A stretch of 24,000 bases of DNA from positions 17,909-41,908 of the forward strand of contig NZ_LRRB01000112.1 in the NCBI RefSeq assembly GCF_001646865.1, in the 5' to 3' direction. The translations under genes and the position numbers were made by a program. Shown here in pieces: positions 15,594-21,977 of the stretch (its first letter is position 1; the number at the start of each line of letters is the position of its first letter). Under the pieces are notes generated by a model. The model searched no databases. It saw only the letters and a program-made list of their open reading frames with translations, and was not told the DNA's origin. This DNA comes from Aldersonia kunmingensis (GTDB taxonomy: Bacteria; Actinomycetota; Actinomycetes; Mycobacteriales; Mycobacteriaceae).

Positions 15594-16172
15594 ATGAGCG
15601 TGTTGTCGGCGGAACTGAAGACATCGACGCGGCCGGAGGTCGGTGCCGCTGCACTGTCGCATGGGTGGCGCGAGCGGCGTCGACTACGGAAACGCCTAGC
15701 CGAACAGGACCGGCGCAGTGCTCAGCTTGCCGAGTTGCGCGCTATCGGCGCCATGCTCGAGGACGCGGAGAGGATCGTGCGCGCGGGTTGGGTGCAGCAC
15801 GCATGGTTCTCCTACCGCGACGAGCGGGACCGCATCGCCGTCGCGAGTGCGCACGACCTGCGCCGCATGTCCGGCCGGCCGGTCGTCGGAGCCTGCCTGG
15901 TTGGCGCGATCGTGCAGGCGGGCGGCGGTGTACCGGCCGTGTGGTCACAGCCGGTACAGCGCACACTTGACCTGCTCTGGCACACCCTGCGTGAGAACAA
16001 CCGGCCGGTGCAGTGGTGTCCGGCACCGTCGATGCGGCTGGCTCGGTTGCGTGAATTGACCGGATGGAACGACCGTCAGGGACGCGACCGAGACGAGGTG
16101 CTCGCATTGCTGGGCGCGGCCCGGGTGGCAGCTGACCGACTGGGCGCCGACGTGGCGGAGGCGGCGCGCTAG
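15594..16172 (+). CDS. Hypothetical protein, DUF6197-like (label from memory)
   Basis: The ATG at 15594 is preceded by GAGGTG (15582-15587). The pattern GWVQHAWF...GACLVGAI...LTGWNDRQGRDRDEVLALL matches the GWxQ...CxxGA...WND...EVL layout I associate with this family, which is often linked to actinobacterial plasmids and phages. Confidence 0.5.
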   Translation: MSVLSAELKTSTRPEVGAAALSHGWRERRRLRKRLAEQDRRSAQLAELRAIGAMLEDAERIVRAGWVQHAWFSYRDERDRIAVASAHDLRRMSGRPVVGACLVGAIVQAGGGVPAVWSQPVQRTLDLLWHTLRENNRPVQWCPAPSMRLARLRELTGWNDRQGRDRDEVLALLGAARVAADRLGADVAEAAR

Positions 16173-16637
16173 TCCCGGTGGCGCGATCGATGACCACAAA
16201 TATTCATACCAAGGTGGGGTCGGAGACGAGGGCGCTGCTGCCGGCGCTGATCAACGCCTGATCGATCAGATCCTCGAAATAGTTCGGATGAGTGACGGTC
16301 ACGGTGACTGCTTGGGCTTAGCCGGGCCAGTCCTTGTCATGGCGAATTCCTCTCACGTCGATGAAATCGCTGTTGTAATGCTGCGGTTTCGACGGCTCCG
16401 CTGGCTTCCACCGTCGGGGTGGAACTGGCGCACCCACAGCTGTTTGCGGGCCGGCGCTTCACTTACAGGACCTCGAGCGACATTATGGCGATGAAATAAC
16501 CGGGGGTGCATAGGTATTCACCCCGAAGGTGGAAGCGATCCGGTATGGCGGCGAAGGACAGTTATGGGGCGTTCCCGAACGGGGAAGGTCAATGTTCGTC
16601 CAGCACCTTCGCTGGCCGAGATCGAAAGGTTAAGAAC

Positions 16638-16970
16638 ATGAACAAGTTTGCGCTCCGTATCGCCACTGCATCTGCGGCCGCCGTTTCGCTGATTGCGCTC
16701 GCGGCGGGAACTGCGTTAGCCACGCCGTATGTGAGTCCGGGGGATCCAGCACCGATCGACAACGTGATCAACGGCGAGCAACTCGACGCGAATACGGGCA
16801 CGCTGGCCTACCAGTGCATGTGGCTCGGTCCCGGTATCGGGTTCGGATCGAATCCTGCGGGTGGCGTTGGGCCGGTCAGCGGACTGTTCTTCGCGTCTGG
16901 AACCGTCCAAGGCGTGTGCATGGACACGACGAACGGCGGCCTCGCCACTGGCATCGGATGGGTCGAATAG
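16638..16970 (+). CDS. Small secreted protein of unknown function (110 aa)
   Basis: The ATG at 16638 is preceded by GAAAGG (16624-16629). The signal peptide is MNKFALRIATASAAAVSLIALAAGTALA|TP. The mature part is Gly-rich with two Cys. A strong terminator follows. The ORF-track start at 16506 adds a non-signal-like extension. Confidence 0.55.
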   Translation: MNKFALRIATASAAAVSLIALAAGTALATPYVSPGDPAPIDNVINGEQLDANTGTLAYQCMWLGPGIGFGSNPAGGVGPVSGLFFASGTVQGVCMDTTNGGLATGIGWVE

Positions 16971-16986
16971 CACCGTTTCATCCGTT

Positions 16987-17029
16987 GCCGCGCAGCACCC
17001 GACTCCAGTCTGGTGCTGCGCGGCTTTTC
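16987..17029 (+). terminator. Rho-independent terminator
   Basis: A perfect 13-bp GC-rich stem pairs gccgcgcagcacc (16987-16999) with ggtgctgcgcggc (17012-17024). The loop is 12 nt and TTTTCGGCG follows. It lies 17 nt after the stop of the 16638..16970 gene. Confidence 0.75.
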
Positions 17030-17069
17030 GGCGTATCGAACTGTGCGCATCTGGGTGCGCGTCCCCGAC

Positions 17070-19328
17070 CTATGAGCGGACGCGGTGGGGGAGCACGGTG
17101 CTAACCACTCGGACGAGCGCGGCGATATCCGCGTCGACGATCCGGAATGCTACGAAGCCACCCACAACGACAATGGCTCCGACGACGCCCAACCCGATGA
17201 TCGAGTCGATGACCAGGTGCAGATCTTGCGGGCCGAGGAACATGACTCCGGCAACGATCCCCAGCAGGGGTGTGAGGGCCGTGACGACGAGAACCTGCCC
17301 GCATCGGCGCGCCAGTCGGCGCAGTTGCTTCGCATCGTCGGGTGTCGTGGACCCGTACATCAACAGCGCGGGGTAATACCAGCGCACGACATGAGCGGTC
17401 ACCAACAGGAAGGGAAATATTGCGGCGATGGTCGCAGTGACGACTTGCGAGGCGAAGAGGTTGGCGATCAACCCGATACGCAGATCGGCGATAACCAGAA
17501 TCGTCCCACCGAGTACCACCAGTGAGCACAGCCATCCCGTGAACGCGATGAGCGCCAGTCGATCTGCGCATACCAGGGTGTCGTGACGAGCACGTGCGAG
17601 AGTCGTTGCGTTGTACCACTTTCCCGTCCGTACACCCCACGGAACGGTGATGACGTTGCGGCAGACATAGACCATCAAACCGCCGAACGCCGGGAAGAAC
17701 GTGACTGCGACGACGATAACCATCGTCGTGTAGGCGGGGTGCGTCTCGGCAGGCAGGTGGCGGGTCAGCAGAGCTACGTTATGGCCGAATATGTAGGCCG
17801 TAGCTAGGATTTGGCCCATCACGAGCGCGCTCGTCGCCACGGGTATGGGGCGCAACGCGAGACGCTCGCGGAGGCTTCCATGCGGTGGGTCCACCAGGCT
17901 GCGGGCGCGGGCGTCGAGGCTAAGCGCGAGCTGCTGAGCGAGTTCGGCGCCCGACGACCATCGACGCTCGGGACGCGGAGCGAGACAGGTTAGCAGTACA
18001 CGGCGCAGCGTGGCGGGGCAGTCGGCCGGCACGTCATCGAGCGCGGACGCCTCGATACCGCGCCTCCGCAGTGCGAGCATGCGTTCGAGCGAAGTCGGGG
18101 AATCGCCCGCGCAAGTCTCGTCGGCGAACGGCCGCGCGCAGGTGAGAAGTTCCCACAGCATGACGCCGAGGGCGTAGATATCACTGCGACCGTCGAGGCT
18201 CTCGGCCGTACCGGGAAGGCCCGGGTGGCACGCTTCCAGCTGTTCGGGGGACATATAGGGAAGCGAGCCGCCGAAATAGACCGCCGGGGTCGCGCCGGGG
18301 ATGTGCTGGTTGAAACTGATGTTGAAGTCGGCGAGTTGCGGTGCGCCGTCCATGGTTAGCAGCACATTGGCCGGCTTGATATCTCGATGCAATACGCCGT
18401 GCTGGGCCGAGTAGTCGAGTGACTCGGCGAGTCGGCGTCCCAGCCACGCGACGGTTTCCGGCCAAGACAGCGATGAGAGCTCCGCTCGAATCCCGGACTC
18501 AACTGGGACCGAGCCCTTTTCGCCGAGCGCCTCGTCGACGGCCGCCAGCAGTAGCGCGCCATTTCGCTGGGCCGGTGCGGTGTCGGCGGCGCGCTGCAGC
18601 AAGTCGAGCAAGGTTCCGCCCGGTACATACTCCATGTACATGAGCTTCAGGTCTCGCTCGGCGAGGAGGCGCTGGTCGAAAACCCGCACAATGTAGGGAT
18701 GATCCAGTTGGGCCAAGGTTTGCGGTTCTGTGCCGTGATTGTGTGAAACCTTCAGTGCCACAAGGCGATGCATGGATCGTTGACGTGCGAGGAACACCCG
18801 TGCGAATGCGCCGCGGCCGAGGTCGAGCAGCAGGTCGAAGTCGTCGATCTGGGAGCCGACTTCGAGCGTTTCGAGCGCATCGAGTGCTTCGACCGCGCGC
18901 GGGCGCACGATCAGGGTGCTGCGGTAATCACCCGAGGACAACCGCGGCCGTACGTCTTCGGAGTACTCCGCCGGGTCCACCGCCACGCCCGCGCGACGCA
19001 GACTGAAGAATTCCTCGTATAGCAGGTCGGGGGATAGTGGAACGGCTCGCAGTTCCGGAAACTCCGCAAGGTATTCGGCCAGCCGTTTGGGATTGGCGGC
19101 CCGGCCCGACCGGAACTTCATGTCGACTTTGATCAGTTCGACCAGGAAGACGTTGCGGATATCGGTCGCGTCGGGGATGAAGGCAGCCAAATCGGGCGGT
19201 ACATCGTGCTGTGACCAGGCAGTGGAGAATCGCGCGAGCACTGCGGCCAGCGCCGTCTGCGTGTCGCACGAAGAATTGTCGTCGACGAGGCCGGTGGCCT
19301 CGGTCGGCGATCGAACGTCGCGCTCCAT
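17070..19328 (-). CDS. Ser/Thr protein kinase with an N-terminal helical domain and a C-terminal polytopic (about 6 TM) membrane domain
   Basis: Hanks-type motifs are present: G-loop LGRGAFARV, VALKV, HRDIKPANVLL, DFNIS (in place of DFG) and YMSPEQ. After roughly residue 480 there are six long hydrophobic segments (for example AYTTMVIVVAVTFFPAFGGLMVYV and LVIDSIIGLGVVGAIVVVGGFVAF). Confidence 0.85.
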   Translation of the reverse strand: MERDVRSPTEATGLVDDNSSCDTQTALAAVLARFSTAWSQHDVPPDLAAFIPDATDIRNVFLVELIKVDMKFRSGRAANPKRLAEYLAEFPELRAVPLSPDLLYEEFFSLRRAGVAVDPAEYSEDVRPRLSSGDYRSTLIVRPRAVEALDALETLEVGSQIDDFDLLLDLGRGAFARVFLARQRSMHRLVALKVSHNHGTEPQTLAQLDHPYIVRVFDQRLLAERDLKLMYMEYVPGGTLLDLLQRAADTAPAQRNGALLLAAVDEALGEKGSVPVESGIRAELSSLSWPETVAWLGRRLAESLDYSAQHGVLHRDIKPANVLLTMDGAPQLADFNISFNQHIPGATPAVYFGGSLPYMSPEQLEACHPGLPGTAESLDGRSDIYALGVMLWELLTCARPFADETCAGDSPTSLERMLALRRRGIEASALDDVPADCPATLRRVLLTCLAPRPERRWSSGAELAQQLALSLDARARSLVDPPHGSLRERLALRPIPVATSALVMGQILATAYIFGHNVALLTRHLPAETHPAYTTMVIVVAVTFFPAFGGLMVYVCRNVITVPWGVRTGKWYNATTLARARHDTLVCADRLALIAFTGWLCSLVVLGGTILVIADLRIGLIANLFASQVVTATIAAIFPFLLVTAHVVRWYYPALLMYGSTTPDDAKQLRRLARRCGQVLVVTALTPLLGIVAGVMFLGPQDLHLVIDSIIGLGVVGAIVVVGGFVAFRIVDADIAALVRVVSTVLPHRVRS

Positions 19329-19438
19329 TGTCGGAGTCCTCGCCGCACGAGCGGTAGTGCAATCGTAGACCGTTGCCCGTTGCGGTGTCGGAGGCTTCGG
19401 ATAGCCCCGAAGAGTGTGGATAGGCGCACACTAGGTTC

Positions 19439-20074
19439 GTGTCGGAGGCGCAAGAACCCGTTGGCGTCGGACAGGCCGAAGTAATCTTCGACGACAGCCA
19501 AGGCAGGCAGTGCAGCGTCGTGCTATCGGCGGATCGGGCGATAGTTGTCATCGGTCGTGGTTCCGAGGCTGACATCGCGCTGACCTGGGACCCTTCGGTC
19601 TCGAGGTTGCACGCTGCTCTGCGGTGGATGGGTGCGTACTGGACGCTCGAGGACAACGGTTTATCGAGCAACGGCACATTCGTGAACGGCAAGCGACTGG
19701 CCGGTCGGCATCAAATGCGCAACGGCGACATCGTGCTCGTCGGCGAGACGTCACTGCTGTACCGCGGCAATCGGGGAATCGGCCAACCGGCCACACGCGA
19801 ATCCGGCCACGAACCGCTTGCGATGCGCCCCACCGACGCCCAACTGGACGTTCTTCGCGCGCTGTGCCGGCCGCTTGCACACGCGCCCTACGCCGTGCCG
19901 GCCTCCAACCGGCAGATCGCCGAGGAGCTTGGCATATCCGATGCCACCGTGAAGTCCCACATGCGTGAGCTCTTCCTCCGGTTCGGTATCGACAGCGCGC
20001 CGCGTGGACAGAAGCGGAGCCGCCTCGCCCAGCGCGCGCTCGATGACGGACTGGTGACGTCGCAACCCGACTGA
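19439..20074 (+). CDS. FHA-domain protein fused to a LuxR-type HTH (transcriptional regulator)
   Basis: The FHA signature is VIGRGSEADIALTWDPSVSRLHAAL...SSNGTFVNGKRL. The C-terminal LuxR/GerE HTH is NRQIAEELGISDATVKSHMRELFLRFGI. The start is GTG at 19439 with no obvious Shine-Dalgarno, so the start is uncertain. It is transcribed divergently from the kinase across a 110-bp gap. Confidence 0.82.
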   Translation: MSEAQEPVGVGQAEVIFDDSQGRQCSVVLSADRAIVVIGRGSEADIALTWDPSVSRLHAALRWMGAYWTLEDNGLSSNGTFVNGKRLAGRHQMRNGDIVLVGETSLLYRGNRGIGQPATRESGHEPLAMRPTDAQLDVLRALCRPLAHAPYAVPASNRQIAEELGISDATVKSHMRELFLRFGIDSAPRGQKRSRLAQRALDDGLVTSQPD

Positions 20075-20227
20075 TCGGTCAGGCTGCAATTACCCCGCGG
20101 GGCGGCCACCCCATTGATTCGTGCGAGGTGCGCTGAACACGGGAGGTGCGCGCCGTGAAGATTTCGACTATTAATTTCCTGTGCACCTGCCGACTTCTGC
20201 TGTGACAACGCTCCTCTGGGGGAACCG

Positions 20228-21382
20228 ATGACAACGCCCAACAACGACATCGCTCAGCTCGCGCGGCGGGTCGATGATGCGCGCGGTCGGATGGTCTATC
20301 AGTCGGATCCGGCCCTCACCGAAGTGCTGTCGGAGAACGAACTGCAAGCCGAACGGGACCTTGCCGAGCGGATTCGCGTCGAGGACCGAGCGCAGCGCTG
20401 GAAGCACGTGCAAGCGACCGCGGCTGCGGCCGATCGCGCGCGGGGCACCGCAGAAGAAATCGAGAGGGCCGACATGCGCGATCTCCTCATCGCTCGCAAG
20501 GCGATCGCGGCCCAGCGGCGTGAATCGAGCCCGCACGCGAAACTCGCATCGCTGTACCAGAATCGGACATGGTCGCTGCGAGCGCTTGCCGGAGTGGTCG
20601 TCGCCGGCATGCTGTGGTCGGCGGTCAACGTGCAACACAACATCGCCCCGGGCGGGGCATCTGATCCACTGTTCTGGTTCAGCTATCTGCTGGAAGCCAT
20701 GATCAGCGTCTGCCTCATCATCATCATGATCGGAACCAACAAGGTTGCCGAATGGGGTGTGCTGGACAGCCGTTGGCAGGTCGCCACGGCAGAAGCCGCG
20801 CTGTTGTCGCTCACGATCGGTCTGAATGTCTACCCGTATGTCCGCACGGGCGACTGGTACGACGCGATGGTCCACGCGGTCGCGCCGGTGATGATCGGCG
20901 TCGCGTTGCTCATACACAACGCGGCAAGCCAGCGCTATGGCCTCGCGATCTACCGCGCGACGGATGCGATGCGCGATATGCCCGATCCCGCCGAGCAGAT
21001 CCGGCAGAAGCTGCGTGTGCGACGGATGTCGACGATGTCGGACTACAACGACACGACCGCGCCGCAACAGCCGACGGATTCCGCGCCGCCGATTCGGGCG
21101 ATCGTCGCTGTCGAACCGGCAACCGTAGCTGTAGACGCTGAGGTGCTGGACGACGACGCTGCTGTCGTAGCCACTCCGACGACACTGTCCGGCGCGAAGG
21201 AGAAGGCTGCTGCCGAGGTGGACGCGCTGTTCGAGGCGATCCTGACGCGGCCATCCGACGACAAGAAGAACGAGGGAAGCGCCGACGCTTCCGCGGCGGC
21301 ACAGGAGGGCCCTGATCTAGTGCAGGAGCTCGCCGAATTGCAGGCCGCGAGGAAGCGGGCCCGCGGCGGGAAGCGCTCCTAG
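20228..21382 (+). CDS. Membrane protein with a charged helical N-terminus, four TM helices and an Ala/Asp-rich, Lys/Arg-terminated tail
   Basis: The ATG at 20228 is preceded by GGGGGA (20217-20222). The TM segments are LRALAGVVVAGMLWSAVNV, LFWFSYLLEAMISVCLIIIMIG, ATAEAALLSLTIGLNVYPYV and AMVHAVAPVMIGVALLIHNAA. The 4-TM layout is reminiscent of DUF2637-type proteins of actinobacterial mobile elements, but I am uncertain of this. Confidence 0.65.
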   Translation: MTTPNNDIAQLARRVDDARGRMVYQSDPALTEVLSENELQAERDLAERIRVEDRAQRWKHVQATAAAADRARGTAEEIERADMRDLLIARKAIAAQRRESSPHAKLASLYQNRTWSLRALAGVVVAGMLWSAVNVQHNIAPGGASDPLFWFSYLLEAMISVCLIIIMIGTNKVAEWGVLDSRWQVATAEAALLSLTIGLNVYPYVRTGDWYDAMVHAVAPVMIGVALLIHNAASQRYGLAIYRATDAMRDMPDPAEQIRQKLRVRRMSTMSDYNDTTAPQQPTDSAPPIRAIVAVEPATVAVDAEVLDDDAAVVATPTTLSGAKEKAAAEVDALFEAILTRPSDDKKNEGSADASAAAQEGPDLVQELAELQAARKRARGGKRS

Positions 21383-21399
21383 CCCACCTGCGGCACGGA

Positions 21400-21446
21400 A
21401 AAGCCGGTATCGGGTTCATCCGATACCGGGCTTTCGCGTTTTCTGG
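21400..21446. terminator. Bidirectional intrinsic terminator between convergent genes
   Basis: The stem pairs aaagccggtatcgg (21400-21413) with ccgataccgggcttt (21420-21434). It is about 14 bp with one bulged G and a loop of gttcat. It is flanked by ggaaaa on the left and tttcgcgttttct on the right, giving a U-rich run after the stem on both strands. Confidence 0.65.
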
Positions 21447-21457
21447 GTTGTGCTCGA

Positions 21458-21784
21458 TCAGCCCGCGAAGTTGGGGCAAAGATTCGTGGTTGCTGCGCTG
21501 ACGAACAGCGTGCCCTGATTGAAGTTGTAGGTCCGTTCGACGGCGCTCATCTCGTCGAGTACCGAGACGCCGGCGCGGAGGTGGTCGCATGTCGCGTTCC
21601 CGGCCGCCACCATCTCGTCGGGCGTCTTACCGGGCAGGGTGGCGTTGTTGATGGTGATCTCGTCGAGAAAGGACGCCGGCGTGGCCATTGCCATGCCGCC
21701 GCCGATGACGCCCGCGCCGACACCGGCGACGGTCAGGGCGAAGGTTGCGGCGACGGCGTTGCGGCGAATGCGGGTGGTGAACAC
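21458..21784 (-). CDS. DUF732-like secreted protein
   Basis: The GTG at 21784 is preceded by AGAGGA 7 nt upstream (minus strand). The signal peptide is VFTTRIRRNAVAATFALTVAGVGAGVIGGGMAMA. The mature part carries the two-Cys layout (GNATCDHLRAGVS...ATTNLCPNFAG) typical of the mycobacterial DUF732 family. The ORF-track start at 21856 adds a non-signal extension. Confidence 0.68.
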   Translation of the reverse strand: MFTTRIRRNAVAATFALTVAGVGAGVIGGGMAMATPASFLDEITINNATLPGKTPDEMVAAGNATCDHLRAGVSVLDEMSAVERTYNFNQGTLFVSAATTNLCPNFAG

Positions 21785-21977
21785 TGTGTTGTCCTCTGCT
21801 CGGTCTGGATGATCGGGTTTGGGATTGCTCTGCACACCGTGTCTCGGTATGGGCAATACATTTCCTCGTGAATCGATGTCGAGATACCCACCCTTGGGGT
21901 GTGGATGGGTGCCCTCCGGGGTGGCGTGCTGACACCCTGGATCACCGTTTCGCTGTCCCGATCGTGGTCGTCATGGC

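Noticed and set aside
16288-16494. A 68-aa plus-strand ORF in the gene-poor gap.
   Set aside because: It has no Shine-Dalgarno and an odd composition (Trp/Arg/Leu-rich). It lies opposite the better-looking, though stop-interrupted, minus-strand frame.
16490-16637. Possible riboswitch or structured leader (for example c-di-AMP/ydaO-type) upstream of the small secreted protein, prompted by ACGGGGAAGG and a GGGGTG...CACCCC hairpin at 16503-16524.
   Set aside because: I cannot reconstruct the conserved helices or pseudo-symmetry of any known riboswitch class by eye. This would need an Rfam covariance-model scan, so I do not claim it.
20093-20102. The self-complementary CCCCGCGGGG after the FHA-LuxR stop, considered as a terminator.
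   Set aside because: A 10-nt palindrome cannot form a hairpin with a viable loop, and no U-tract follows.
21857-21977. A G-run-rich segment (ggggtgtggatgggtgccctccggggtgg), considered as a G-quadruplex or as a terminator for the STAND ATPase gene.
   Set aside because: Only three runs of 3 or more G lie within acceptable loop lengths. Only short (5-bp) stems are available. The evidence is insufficient.
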